Sequence record: DRR723986_23489
Direction: 5' to 3' (one strand)
Length of the DNA stretch: 60,471 nt
The notes beneath the pieces were generated by a model. That model had not been told where the DNA came from. It saw only the letters and a program-made list of their open reading frames with translations, and ran no database searches. Shown in pieces: positions 28,944 to 39,748 of the stretch. The translations under genes and the position numbers were made by a program. How positions within the stretch are numbered: position 1 is the stretch's first letter; each line of letters starts with the position of its first letter.

Positions 28944-29897
28944 GTGAAAGAGAATAAGACTACAAAAACAGCCCTACACCCTAGAAATGCCCACCGGGAG
29001 CGTTACGATTTTCCAAGCTTAATTGCCACTCAGCCTGAGTTGGGCAGATTCGTGGCAGAAAATAAATACGGAGACCTCAGCATTGATTTCGCTGATCCAA
29101 ATGCAGTAAAGGAACTCAACAGAGCTTTGTTAAAGCATTTTTATAAGATTTCATCCTGGGATATTCCAAGTGGATACCTTTGCCCTCCCATACCCGGAAG
29201 AGCAGATTACCTTCATTATTTGGCAGATTTACTTACTGATAGCAATGGTAATAAACTGCCAGCCGGTGATCAGACCAAAGTGTTGGACATCGGGACAGGA
29301 GCGAACTGCATCTATCCTATGCTAGGACTTGCTATTTACGATTGGTCTTTTGTTGGCTCCGAAATAGATACTGTAGCTTTGGATTCTGCTCAGGATAATT
29401 TGTATGCAAACCCTCAGGTTCGAGGAAACATCACGCTAAGACTGCAGGAAAACTCCAAGGAAATACTTTCAGGAATCATCAAATCAGATGATGTTTTTGA
29501 TTTAGTTACCTGTAATCCTCCATTCCATGAGTCCCAAGCTGCTGCAGAAGCAAGTAGTACTAGAAAAGTGAAAAACCTACAAGGAAAAGTTGGTAAGAAG
29601 GTCACATTGAATTTTGGAGGAAAAAACAACGAGCTTTGGTGCGAAGGAGGCGAGTTGGCATTTATTCAAAAAATGATTCGGGAGAGTATCACTTTTAAAT
29701 TCAATTGCTTTTGGTTTACCTCCATTGTCTCTAAGGAAGAGCACATAAAGGAATTGGTTTTAGCTTTGAAAAAAGCCCGTGTTGCAGATCGGAGGATCAT
29801 ACAAATGACTCAGGGTAACAAAAAAAGCAGGTTTATCGCATGGACTTTCTTGAATCCAGAGCAACAGGAAAACTGGAGAAAAAGGAGATGGAGTTAG
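28944..29897 (+). CDS. rlmF: 23S rRNA m6A1618 methyltransferase
   Basis: LHPRN, LCPPIPGRADY, LDIGTGANCIYP, CNPPFH, LNFGG and ELWCEGGE. Confidence 0.95.
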   Translation: MKENKTTKTALHPRNAHRERYDFPSLIATQPELGRFVAENKYGDLSIDFADPNAVKELNRALLKHFYKISSWDIPSGYLCPPIPGRADYLHYLADLLTDSNGNKLPAGDQTKVLDIGTGANCIYPMLGLAIYDWSFVGSEIDTVALDSAQDNLYANPQVRGNITLRLQENSKEILSGIIKSDDVFDLVTCNPPFHESQAAAEASSTRKVKNLQGKVGKKVTLNFGGKNNELWCEGGELAFIQKMIRESITFKFNCFWFTSIVSKEEHIKELVLALKKARVADRRIIQMTQGNKKSRFIAWTFLNPEQQENWRKRRWS

Positions 29898-29937
29898 AAT
29901 TTGAAATTGGTGGATTTGAAATTTGAAATTTCGGAAA

Positions 29938-29977
29938 TAAGAACGGCGCTTTGAAATGAATCAAAGCGCCGTTCTTA
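29938..29977. terminator. Bidirectional terminator between rlmF and osmC
   Basis: Perfect 17-bp inverted repeat taagaacggcgctttga / tcaaagcgccgttctta. Confidence 0.8.
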
Positions 29978-30002
29978 AATCTTAATACTTGAATCTAGGC
30001 TC

Positions 30003-30413
30003 TTAATTCAACGTGCTTTCCACACTGATCTCCAAATCCAAAACTCTGGAAATAGGGCAATTTTCCTCAGCGTCTTTCACTAGCTCATCGAATTTATCCT
30101 GAGCGATACCGTCCACTTTAGCTTTGAGCACCAAATGTGACTTTTTCAATGTTCCTTCTTCGAATGTGATATTCGCCGTCACGTCCAATTCAGTCGCTGT
30201 AAATCCAGCCTCTTGTAAGTTGAAGCTTAATTTCATTGCGAAGCATCCAGAGTGCGCTGCAGCGATTAACTCTTCAGGATTGGTACCCACTCCACTTTCG
30301 AATCTGGACCCAAAAGAGTATTGTGTTTTGTCTAAAACAGTACTAGGCGTAGTCAAATGACCTTTGCCATCTTTACCTGTTCCTTGCCATACGGCGGTTG
30401 CTTTTCTGATCAT
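30003..30413 (-). CDS. osmC: OsmC-family peroxiredoxin
   Basis: RKATAVWQG, GTNPEELIAAAHSGCF and NCPIS. Confidence 0.93.
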   Translation of the reverse strand: MIRKATAVWQGTGKDGKGHLTTPSTVLDKTQYSFGSRFESGVGTNPEELIAAAHSGCFAMKLSFNLQEAGFTATELDVTANITFEEGTLKKSHLVLKAKVDGIAQDKFDELVKDAEENCPISRVLDLEISVESTLN

Positions 30414-30494
30414 GGTTTAAAAGATTTTAGGGTTAAAAGTTATAATTGTTAAAGGGAAATATGTGCGTATAAGTTCAGCTATAGGTTAGAATCA

Positions 30495-31670
30495 TCAATT
30501 TTCCACCTTTTCCATTTTCGGTTTTTCAGGCGGGTTAGTTGATGCTTTTTTACCTGACAAATTCTGAAATACCTCCAAATATTGATCGGTCACATAGTCC
30601 CAATTGTATCTTTGTACAAGCCCCTCGCGAGCGGTGCTTCGGAAATATGCCATTCTTTCCTTACTACTTTCCGCTGCTTCCACGATGTCCTGAACCGATT
30701 CTTTAGTCTTTTGAAAGTACCAACCATGTTTACCGTTCTGGAGCATTTCCTGATTGAATGGGGTATCCAAAGCTAAGATAGCGCAGCCAAAACCAAGTGC
30801 TTTCAACATCGCTGGATTCGTCCCACCATATTCGTGACCGTGAAAATAGGCGTAGCAATGAGAGTACCATGCTGCTAATTCATTCTGATCAGTGATGTAT
30901 CCCAAAAACAATAGCCTTTCGTCTTCTATGTTTTTGAGGACATTGGCATACTCGTCATTGAATGGTACGTCGCCAACTATTACGAGCTTTCTCTTTGAGT
31001 TAGACTTTAAAAATCCATCGATTATAAGGTCTGCATTGTTGTCTGGAATAAGTCGGCCTACGATCAGGAAATAATCCTGCGGTTCAATTCCCCATTTCTC
31101 AATGGGATCAGCTGCTACATCTGCTCGTGGATTTGCCCCATATGCGATGACTTTGGAGTCTGCATTGAATAATTCCTTGTAAACACGCTGCATTTCATCC
31201 GAGTCGTTGATCAGTTGATCGTAGTATTTCGTGGCCATCTTAGATGCCCAGAAAAAATACTTTGATCCCATGCCTTTCCATTTTGGTCTGAGCCATTCCA
31301 GACCATCCACGTTGATCACCGTTTTTTTTCTGAAAAGTCTGGAAAACCAGCCGATAGGTCCATTAGCGCTGTTGACCACGAAAATCACATCCACGTCTGA
31401 GAAACAGGCATGCATCATGGAGAAAAAAGTATGCGAAAGTTGGGTGCCTATCTTTGATTCAATTGCTCCTATGTAAATGCATTCTATGCCATTTACAAAT
31501 TTCGGTTTTTCTTGAAATAGGGCTTTGTGATTATATACGCGGACATGAACACCCTTGGCTACGAGTCGCTCACCAAGCTCTTTGACCATGGTGTCGTATC
31601 CTCCATACACATAGGGATATCCTTTTGCCCCCATTATGGCTACTTTTAATTTCTTCTTAGCTGCTGCCAT
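30495..31670 (-). CDS. GT4 glycosyltransferase with DUF1972-like N-terminus
   Basis: GAKGYPYVYGGYD, NVDGLEWLRPKW and HGHEYGGTNP. Confidence 0.85.
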   Translation of the reverse strand: MAAAKKKLKVAIMGAKGYPYVYGGYDTMVKELGERLVAKGVHVRVYNHKALFQEKPKFVNGIECIYIGAIESKIGTQLSHTFFSMMHACFSDVDVIFVVNSANGPIGWFSRLFRKKTVINVDGLEWLRPKWKGMGSKYFFWASKMATKYYDQLINDSDEMQRVYKELFNADSKVIAYGANPRADVAADPIEKWGIEPQDYFLIVGRLIPDNNADLIIDGFLKSNSKRKLVIVGDVPFNDEYANVLKNIEDERLLFLGYITDQNELAAWYSHCYAYFHGHEYGGTNPAMLKALGFGCAILALDTPFNQEMLQNGKHGWYFQKTKESVQDIVEAAESSKERMAYFRSTAREGLVQRYNWDYVTDQYLEVFQNLSGKKASTNPPEKPKMEKVEN

Positions 31671-32794
31671 AAATGGTTTTCAATTTTTTTTCTAAAACTA
31701 TCCAAACTGAACTCCTTCAATACCCGATTTCTACCGGCACTCCCAAACCTCTCTCTAAGTTCTTGATCCAAAATTAAACTAATTAACGCATTTACTCCTT
31801 CATCTAGATTGTAAATTGGGATTAAGTATCCTGTTTCACCGTTCACCACCATTTCCGAAGCTCCTCCGGATTGCGTGGCAATGACTGGACAGGCTGCTGC
31901 CATGGCTTCCAGTATGACCGTAGGAAATGAATCCGGTAAAATCGATGGTAAGACAAAAATATCTGTTGTCTTCAGGATGGAGCCTATATCTTCTCTAAAG
32001 CCGAGATTGGTTACATGATTTTCCAGTCTATGCTCATTGATAAAATGCTTTATTTGCACCTCCAAATTCTCATAACCAGGATATGGATCTCCAACTAATA
32101 GAAAGTGGCAATGTGGATAAGAACTTACTATCCTCTTGGCCATTTCTAAGAAGAAAAGTTGTCCTTTACCAGGATTGATTCTACCAACCATGGTAATAAT
32201 CAGGTGATCATCGGCTATTCCTAACTCCTGAGGGCGTATTCCAGGTTTTTCAAGAAACTCTGAATAGGGTATTCCATTGTGGATAACTGTAGGTTTTGAT
32301 ACCTCTAACTTATTGTCCCAGTGATTTTTCACCGCTTGTGATACTACGATGGGTGAGGGAGTAGTACGATCTAACAATCGTCGTAAGAGGCCTACCAAAG
32401 GTGTAGGCCCAAGTAGGATTTCATGTATGTGCCAAAAGTGTGGCAGGTTATGCAATTTTGCCCATTGTGCCCCGACTACCACTGCGAGGGTATTGGAGTA
32501 AACTAGGTCGAACTTGAACTCACTGTGCAGCTGGCTTAAAAATCTATAGGCTTTGTAATTCATAGACAGCCTATTCAGTAGTCCGGGAATGTTCACGTAT
32601 TTACGTCGCAAAATTCCAAGGTTTTGAATGCGGACTATAGCTCCTTCTTCTACAAGATATTGTTGCAATGGGCCGGGTTCGGGTAAGACCACAACTGGTT
32701 TTAGTCCAGCATTTTTATAAACCTTTACTACTTCAATCAGTATTCTGGAAGAGCCATATCGGTCTGATGAACTATTAAGGAAGAGTACTGTCAA
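31646..32794 (-). CDS. GT4 glycosyltransferase
   Basis: WHIHE, VGRINPGKG and DSFPTVILEAMAA. TTG start. Confidence 0.88.
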   Translation of the reverse strand: MTVLFLNSSSDRYGSSRILIEVVKVYKNAGLKPVVVLPEPGPLQQYLVEEGAIVRIQNLGILRRKYVNIPGLLNRLSMNYKAYRFLSQLHSEFKFDLVYSNTLAVVVGAQWAKLHNLPHFWHIHEILLGPTPLVGLLRRLLDRTTPSPIVVSQAVKNHWDNKLEVSKPTVIHNGIPYSEFLEKPGIRPQELGIADDHLIITMVGRINPGKGQLFFLEMAKRIVSSYPHCHFLLVGDPYPGYENLEVQIKHFINEHRLENHVTNLGFREDIGSILKTTDIFVLPSILPDSFPTVILEAMAAACPVIATQSGGASEMVVNGETGYLIPIYNLDEGVNALISLILDQELRERFGSAGRNRVLKEFSLDSFRKKIENHLWQQLRRN

Positions 32795-32809
32795 TTGAAA
32801 AACCGGTTG

Positions 32810-33928
32810 CTAATTTTTAAGGATTACATTTTGAAATCCTTCAATAAATTTCTGAGCAGAAAATTTCTTGGATTGCTCAAGACCTTTACCAACCATCGAG
32901 TTGATTTGGTCATCATCTAAAGCCAAAAATATCATTTTTTCCATTAAATCTTGCTGGTCACCAGTTTTGAACGGAAGTCCGCATCCTCCAGCTACCTCCA
33001 TCAATGCAGGTTGGTCAGAGTGAATTACAGGAATTCCATTTGCCATAGCTTCTAAAATTGGAATTCCAAAGCCCTCATTTTCGGAAGGGAATACATAAGC
33101 AAAAGCATTTTTGTACAAGGCAGCCACTTGATGATCATTTACATATCCAGGCAGGAAAACTTTGTCCTGAAGGCCAAGCTCTTCCACCAGCTTTTCTACA
33201 ATGGGGAGGTCATTCATTTGCGCACTTTGTCCGGCACCTCCAGCTAATACCAATTTGAAATCAGCTTTAGTTTTCTTGAGGAAATTGTCAAAAGCGCGAA
33301 CGAGCATGGGAAGGTTTTTGCGCTTATCGAAGGTGCCCAAATGCATAAAATATTTTTGGTCTGCCAATCCATTCTCTTCCAAAAAAGTAGTATCCAGGCC
33401 ATTCTCAAGCCTTTTTGGAGCTTGATAAATAACGGTCATCGGATATATTTTCTTTAAGTATTTGTAGAGTGATTTTCGGGAGTATTCCGTTGTGGTGATG
33501 ATCTCGGTATTTTCTTTCAGGCCTTTTTTGATCAACCGCAGGAAGTATGTTCTCCACCACTTGGGGTAGTTTTGAGGCATTTGCCAGAAGAAAGCATCAT
33601 GGATCACTGTTAATCTCCGACATGGTAGGCTGGCCACAGGCGAAACAAAATCCGGGCAAATCAGCACATCCGGCTGGTGCTTTTTCACCAAATCAGGTAA
33701 TTGGAATTCCTTCCAGCGAAAGTAATCCATGTGATAATTGAGACGCTGAATTTTGGATTGAGGACCTTTAAAGGTCTGATCAGCACTTTGGGTTTTTGGA
33801 TCATGGGAAAAAATCCATTCGATCTCTGGATGTGGATAAGCCAATGCGGCTTCCGCCAATTCCATCATATAGGTTTTTATACCTGTAGTGGCGACGTTCA
33901 AATATTGTAAATCGAGTAGGACTTTCAT
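32810..33928 (-). CDS. GT4 glycosyltransferase
   Basis: TGIKTY, VIHD, RKNL and EGFGIPILEAM. Confidence 0.9.
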   Translation of the reverse strand: MKVLLDLQYLNVATTGIKTYMMELAEAALAYPHPEIEWIFSHDPKTQSADQTFKGPQSKIQRLNYHMDYFRWKEFQLPDLVKKHQPDVLICPDFVSPVASLPCRRLTVIHDAFFWQMPQNYPKWWRTYFLRLIKKGLKENTEIITTTEYSRKSLYKYLKKIYPMTVIYQAPKRLENGLDTTFLEENGLADQKYFMHLGTFDKRKNLPMLVRAFDNFLKKTKADFKLVLAGGAGQSAQMNDLPIVEKLVEELGLQDKVFLPGYVNDHQVAALYKNAFAYVFPSENEGFGIPILEAMANGIPVIHSDQPALMEVAGGCGLPFKTGDQQDLMEKMIFLALDDDQINSMVGKGLEQSKKFSAQKFIEGFQNVILKN

Positions 33929-34035
33929 GTAGAGTTAATAGATTTCTTTCATTCAGTTTCTTAAAAAGTATAATATTCTGATAAATAACTTTATAGCCGA
34001 ATCTTTAATTATACAATTTTTTAATTGGCCTAAAA

Positions 34036-35445
34036 TTAGACTACTATTTCTTTGCCATAGTTTTCTACTTGGATTCTGGAATATTCCCTCACGCTAATTC
34101 CAACCATCCACCAGGAAATCCATGAGACGTAAGTATAGATTTCCACATTTGCAGTAAATAAGGGTAGTAATAATCCTGCTTTCACAGTTCCTGCTACAAA
34201 TGCCATTCTTGCCAAATTCAAATTATCAGAATTTTTAAAGACATAGATCGAAGTCCAAATACCTGAGAAGAGTGTTGCTATGTACAAAAACATACCAACC
34301 CAACCCAGTTGAACTCCATATATTAAAAACTGATTTTCGCCGCCAACCCGTAATTCTTCAGTCACACTGCCAAAATTTCCACTCATAGCAAGTCCAATGC
34401 CCATAGGATTTGTCATCATTGAGTCTAATGCCAGTACCCATTCCACCACGTGGCCAATGCTGGATGTATCTGCGAGCGTTAAGGTATCAATCACGTAGAA
34501 GTAGAAATCCTCCGGTGCAAAGAAAAGCACGTATCCCACAAATAAGACTAAACTCAGGAACCCAAAACCAATTAATTTATACAGTTTGAAGACCAGGGCA
34601 ACAAAGAATATCATCAGAAAAAATGCAGCAAATGATGCTCTGGAAGAAGCAAAGACAAGACTTCCAATAGAGCAAAGCATCACAAGAACATATTTCCATT
34701 GATGTGACCTCTCTGAAGTTAAGAACCAAATCAATCCTGCTGAAAACCCCATTAAAACAGAGCTGGCCAGCTCTAAAGGATCTGAGAAAAAACTCCCGAG
34801 TCGCTTCATTGCATTGGTAGTTTCAAAGGTCCATGTCAGGTTATAATGCCCCTGTGGCTCAATATTATTTATTTCTTCGTTGAAAAGGGCATAGCCAGTA
34901 AATTGCTGTAGGTGTGCATTTAAAAGATAGTTTTCCACCAAGTTCATTAGAAATGCTCCAATGGCAATGATAAAAATGATCTGAAACAATCGCTTCAACT
35001 CGAAATCACCAAACTGAGTATTTCTGCCAAGCAAGTAGATCAAACTAGGAATGAACATACTCTTGAAGTAGAGTGCTTTGTTCACAAAACTTGCCTGTCC
35101 TATTGGTACCACAAGGAAAACGACTGTCAATACCATAAAAGCCAGCAAGTACCAATCTGTGGGTTGAAGTCGCAAGGGGTAGCTGAATATTTTCTTTTGA
35201 TAAATAACAAAAATCAACCCTGCCGTCAGAACGATGATTTCCTTACTGACCTGAAATAAACTTACGATCATGGGCGACCTAGTCACCAAAAATGCCACAC
35301 TGAGCGTGGTGATATAAAACGGCAAAAAAGCAGCTAGGAAGAAGATAAAATAAGTCCATTTCCCTTTAAAAATCATTTCCTGAAGCGTCCAGAGAGATCC
35401 GGCTGCTACCGCAAGTGCGATTAAAATGAAAAATATCAAAGGCAT
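34036..35445 (-). CDS. Wzy/O-antigen-ligase-like polytopic membrane protein
   Basis: About 12 TM segments, RLGSFFSDP, SSRAS, GIGLA and GENQFL. Lies inside the polysaccharide locus. Confidence 0.75.
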   Translation of the reverse strand: MPLIFFILIALAVAAGSLWTLQEMIFKGKWTYFIFFLAAFLPFYITTLSVAFLVTRSPMIVSLFQVSKEIIVLTAGLIFVIYQKKIFSYPLRLQPTDWYLLAFMVLTVVFLVVPIGQASFVNKALYFKSMFIPSLIYLLGRNTQFGDFELKRLFQIIFIIAIGAFLMNLVENYLLNAHLQQFTGYALFNEEINNIEPQGHYNLTWTFETTNAMKRLGSFFSDPLELASSVLMGFSAGLIWFLTSERSHQWKYVLVMLCSIGSLVFASSRASFAAFFLMIFFVALVFKLYKLIGFGFLSLVLFVGYVLFFAPEDFYFYVIDTLTLADTSSIGHVVEWVLALDSMMTNPMGIGLAMSGNFGSVTEELRVGGENQFLIYGVQLGWVGMFLYIATLFSGIWTSIYVFKNSDNLNLARMAFVAGTVKAGLLLPLFTANVEIYTYVSWISWWMVGISVREYSRIQVENYGKEIVV

Positions 35446-35567
35446 CGGCTTACCATTATGTTATACTTTCAGGTTCAGTAATAATTGAATCAATGCTTGA
35501 AACGACAATAAGCAAATTAACCAGCTTTTGAAAATTGTACAAGCAAGTTGCAATGCCGAACCTGAAA

Positions 35568-36347
35568 TCAACTTTTAGTAATGTATTGGTCTTTGTAAAG
35601 CTGATTATCAGCTCTTTTTCTGATTAGCTCTTCAATTTCAGGGTTTGAGATTTGATCCTCCGTTGGTGCATAGAGAGCACGCTGACGATTGACAGAATTA
35701 GCAGGAGGATCGCATAGATAATAGATCGCAAGAGACTTTCGGATATTCGTTCCTTCGGTGCTCACTTCTCTACTTAAGCCATGCCATGACTGGAAGGTAG
35801 TATCAAAAATAACTGCCCTATTAAATTTCACTTCCACTTCCTTTTCCAGCTTTTGAGGTCGATGGTTTTCAGCATCATTACTCCAAAGTCCAAAATGGCC
35901 TCCGAATTCAGGTTTCCAATCTTGAGAAAGATATATAATCAGATTTATTCTTCGCTGTAATCCCAGCTTAGGATGAATGTTGTAGTCTAGATGAGGATTG
36001 AGTTTTCCTCCATCAGGATGCATGTGCCATCCGCCACCATGTAAGCCAAAATCTGGATACAATTTGATTCCCAAAATTGCTCCTAAGTTGTTGACAAATG
36101 TCTCAGAGCATAAGTATTCAAAAAATTTATAAGTATACTCAGGAAACTTATTCCAATCGTTCAGAGCTGACTTTTTTTCAAGCGGATTTGAATAGGTGAA
36201 TAGACTAGCATCACCTATCACCGGAAACTCTTCTGATAGAGATTTTGCAAATTTTTCTTCTACAAAATCATCGATAACTAAATGTGGAAAAGGTGCAGCG
36301 GAGTGAAACTCTTCTACTCTATTTTTAATCTCCTCAATCTTAATCAT
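35568..36347 (-). CDS. 2OG-Fe(II) oxygenase
   Basis: PFPHLVIDDF, the HLD...SWHG facial triad and RKSL. Confidence 0.85.
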   Translation of the reverse strand: MIKIEEIKNRVEEFHSAAPFPHLVIDDFVEEKFAKSLSEEFPVIGDASLFTYSNPLEKKSALNDWNKFPEYTYKFFEYLCSETFVNNLGAILGIKLYPDFGLHGGGWHMHPDGGKLNPHLDYNIHPKLGLQRRINLIIYLSQDWKPEFGGHFGLWSNDAENHRPQKLEKEVEVKFNRAVIFDTTFQSWHGLSREVSTEGTNIRKSLAIYYLCDPPANSVNRQRALYAPTEDQISNPEIEELIRKRADNQLYKDQYITKS

Positions 36348-37272
36348 GGTAGGTTTTTATTAGGCCATCAGCAAAGCCTTTCCAGGCCATCTTTAACTTT
36401 TGAAGCCTCCATCTACCAATAAAATAAATGGAATAAAGAAGCATTTTGCCAAATTGGACGGCCACGGCCAAAGGTATAAAAATATTTTTAGTGTGATGTT
36501 TAATGAATATCATTTGATTTCTCTGGGCCAAATAATGGACTATTGGGTTTAGAAAACCCTCTTTTCCCTTAGTCTTTGACTTGGAAGAATTCCCTACGGA
36601 ATGATAGATTTTTGCCTCTGATTCAAACCAAAGCTTGTAGCCTTTTTCACGAACTCGCATGGAAAGATCCACATCTTCAAATGAACCGAAAAAGAAGAAT
36701 TCCTTCAGAAGACCTGCTTCCCGAAGTACTTTTGTTTTAATTAAAGTAGCGCAACCAGTCGTCCAATCTGTCTCCTCCGATCTCACATCACTTAGATCAG
36801 TTTTTCCTTCCTTTTTTGTGAGAGAAAGACCTAGAAAAGCAATGAGTTTACCACCTGCATTCCATATGACATTTCTACGTTCGCCATTATAGAAAATTAG
36901 GGGCTGTGCAATACCATACTCAGGCTTATCATCAATAGAAAAAACCAATTTATCCAGGAAATCGGGTTCGACTTCAGTGTCATTATTTAGTTCTAGGATG
37001 TAGTCAAACCCATTCTCCAAAGCATATCGAAACCCCACATTGTTACCCCCGGAGAAGCCTAGATTTTCCTGGGTAAAGATAAAATGTGCAAAATCTCCAA
37101 ATTCATTCTCAAGCCTTTCTCCAGAACCATCACCGGAGTGATTGTCTATCATAATCGTTTTAAAATTGGGATAGGTACAGTTTTGAAGTGAGAGAATGCA
37201 TTTTTTAGAGTCTTCATAATTTTTCCAATTGATCAAAACTATTGCTACGGAAGGAAAAGGTGAAGAACTCAT
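36340..37272 (-). CDS. GT2 glycosyltransferase
   Basis: IDNHSGD, NLGFSGGNN, LNND, TGCA and EDVDLS. Confidence 0.9.
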   Translation of the reverse strand: MSSSPFPSVAIVLINWKNYEDSKKCILSLQNCTYPNFKTIMIDNHSGDGSGERLENEFGDFAHFIFTQENLGFSGGNNVGFRYALENGFDYILELNNDTEVEPDFLDKLVFSIDDKPEYGIAQPLIFYNGERRNVIWNAGGKLIAFLGLSLTKKEGKTDLSDVRSEETDWTTGCATLIKTKVLREAGLLKEFFFFGSFEDVDLSMRVREKGYKLWFESEAKIYHSVGNSSKSKTKGKEGFLNPIVHYLAQRNQMIFIKHHTKNIFIPLAVAVQFGKMLLYSIYFIGRWRLQKLKMAWKGFADGLIKTYHD

Positions 37273-37329
37273 TCAGAAAGGTTTGTGGAAAATGTATGTG
37301 GTTGCTGTAGTAATATGTGTATCAGCGCT

Positions 37330-37337
37330 CAAATATA
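37330..37337 (-). promoter_or_regulatory. Internal -7 element upstream of the GT2/oxygenase pair
   Basis: Plus-strand caaatata is the reverse complement of TATATTTG, in the wzx-GT2 spacer. Confidence 0.45.
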
Positions 37338-37372
37338 AGACTCAAATAAAAATCAAAGATGGATTTTAAAAA

Positions 37373-38668
37373 TCAATTTTTAGTAAAAAGACCAAGTACC
37401 AACGCTTTATTGTGGCTCCAGTTGAAATAGCATGAGATAATAAAAGCAATAACTTCGGTGGATAGTAGTGCAAAAGCTAGGCCTATTTCCCCATAATAAG
37501 CAGTTGCGAATACAGAAGCTATAAGCATGTAAATACACATCAGCCAAGAAGTTCTGAACATTAGTTGTTTCTGATCATTGATAAGAAACACTATAATATT
37601 CCAGATATTAAAGGAAGCCAGAAGTGGTATAAAAGCTAAAATCTTTAGAATTTCGACAGATTTTGGAAGAGATTCTCGTGATAAAACTGAGATAATGAAA
37701 TCTGACCCAAGAAAGGTTACTAATGACAAAAACGCACTTAAACCAATGGAAAGGAGTAATACTTTGATTGAAAATCTCACAAATGCTTTTTTGTTTACAC
37801 TGTATAATTTGGCAGCATTTGGATAAACCGCTTGTACAATTAGCGAAGGAAGCATACGCATCACCATGATCACCCGCTCAGCTAAGCTATACATACCTAG
37901 CGTTTCTGCAGCGGTGAAAAAGCTGAGTATTATCAATCCTCCATTTACGGCTATATGACTTCCTAGATTGGAGAAAAACAGGAGAACATTTGATCTAAGG
38001 CTCTTCCAAATAGCATGAAACTCGGGTCTATAAAATGTGATCCGCATATAGATTCTAATTTAGATCAGCAGAAAAATATTAACTCCTAGTCCAAAAAAAC
38101 CCATCATGAAATTTACCCATTTGCTTTGTTCTGGCTTGTGGATAAATAGCACAATACCTAAGAGGAAAAGTAGCTTGCTGAAAATATTCGCTATGCTGAC
38201 CAGCTTCATTTTTTCCATACCCTGAAAAAACCAAAGCGGTAACGTAGCTTCAGAAAAAAGGAGCATTAGTGAAAACACCAAAATGACTTGATATTCTTGG
38301 AATAGGTTAAAGCCGAAAACTCCGATGATTATAGCAAGGCTGGCTATTGTAGCAAGTAAAATTTTAGCCGAAAAAATGTTGGAAACTATATGTGATAATT
38401 CAACTCTATTTTGCTGATTAATAGCAACTTCCCGGGGGGCATTTAGGTTGTAGCCAAAGCCTACAATTATGTTCAAAAGTATAATGACCGAAAGTGCGAG
38501 ATTAACTAATCCAAATTGATCGACTCCAATCCCCTGAATCAACAGAGGCATGGAAATGATAGTGATCAAAATATTGGAGGATTGAATAATCGCCAGAAAA
38601 AGAAAATTCTGGATAGATTTATTCTTAACGATGTTACTTAAGGGAATGAGCCCGAGTTTTTCTAGCAT
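37373..38668 (-). pseudogene. wzx: Wzx flippase interrupted by one in-frame TAA (38060-38062): pseudogene, split gene or sequence error
   Basis: ORFs 38060..38668 and 37373..38047 are in the same frame and read ...NIFLLI*IRIYMRITF.... Joined length is about 431 codons, with Wzx motifs (GVDQFG, WFFQGMEKM, GMYSLAE, VYP). Confidence 0.85.
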
Positions 38669-38680
38669 GCCAGCTGTTAT

Positions 38681-39748
38681 TTAGCTTTCCTGCACATGCT
38701 TCCGGTATAATCGTCGGAAATAAAGCCACATAATTGTGAGCATTCCTAGGATAACGCATCCATAAACCATGCCTTTTACCAGACGAATCTCCGATCGTTC
38801 CAATGGAAATCTCGGGGAGTCGATGATTTGAATCAAAGGAGAATTGTTTCGATGATTGACTTTGGCGATTTCCAGATTTTTTACCACTTCCTCATATACC
38901 GCACCAGTTGCTTGTACGTCAATTTGCCTCTTTTTCGTCTCTATGGTTGCTGAAGAGCGCAGTGGGTTGGCATTGGGAACACGGTCAGTTGCGGATGCAA
39001 AGGCTCCTATGCTTTCATCTAATATTTTGCGAACGCTATCTGCCTGAGACTGAAGAATAGCTAAGTTTTCGCTGGTTTTTTTGGTTTTAGTCTCTCTGTA
39101 AAATTCATTTACATTCTCTACCAGATGTTCATTGAATGCCTTGGCATAGTGTTCGTCTTTTGAGGAGACACTTACTTGGATGATTGTCAATTTACGGTCA
39201 GGTTTAGCGACTGAAAGCTGATTTTCCCGCACAAGTTTTGCTACTTCTTTGACTACAGAATCCTGGGCTATAGTGAAGTTTTCCCGTGGAATAGAAAAGT
39301 CCATTGACGCTATATCTACTTTGGAAGCCCACTTTTTATCGATTTTTTCAAATTCAATAAATCGATCGATCAATAGTTGGTTCTCATCAAAAGGACTTAA
39401 TAGCGCTTCATCCAGCATACGCTCAGATCTATAAAGCTCCATAATATTATCGCCTTGGAAAAGCCCACTGGTCCCGCCCATGGAACCCAAGTTAACGCCT
39501 ACCAATGATGCTAATCCCGACATTTGACCCATTCCGGCACCATCTCCATCTTCCAGTACAAATGAAGTGGTCGCTACGAAAACAGGTTTTTTATAAATAG
39601 AAACTAATGCTCCCAATCCTATTCCCAGAAGTGCTGCAAAGAGGAGAATTTTCCATTGGGAAATGAAATAAGCGATCCAACTACCGAAGTTTTGGAGGAC
39701 TTCCTTGATGGTGAATTGATTTTCTGTGAAATGTTTTGATCCGGACAT
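38681..39748 (-). CDS. wzz: Wzz-like chain-length determinant / polysaccharide co-polymerase
   Basis: N- and C-terminal TM segments, periplasmic coiled coil, and PLIQIIDSP. No Walker A kinase domain. Confidence 0.8.
   Translation of the reverse strand: MSGSKHFTENQFTIKEVLQNFGSWIAYFISQWKILLFAALLGIGLGALVSIYKKPVFVATTSFVLEDGDGAGMGQMSGLASLVGVNLGSMGGTSGLFQGDNIMELYRSERMLDEALLSPFDENQLLIDRFIEFEKIDKKWASKVDIASMDFSIPRENFTIAQDSVVKEVAKLVRENQLSVAKPDRKLTIIQVSVSSKDEHYAKAFNEHLVENVNEFYRETKTKKTSENLAILQSQADSVRKILDESIGAFASATDRVPNANPLRSSATIETKKRQIDVQATGAVYEEVVKNLEIAKVNHRNNSPLIQIIDSPRFPLERSEIRLVKGMVYGCVILGMLTIMWLYFRRLYRKHVQES

Noticed and set aside
38060-38062. Programmed recoding (Sec/Pyl) of the wzx stop
   Set aside because: The codon is TAA, not TGA or TAG, and TAA is the normal stop for many genes in this window.
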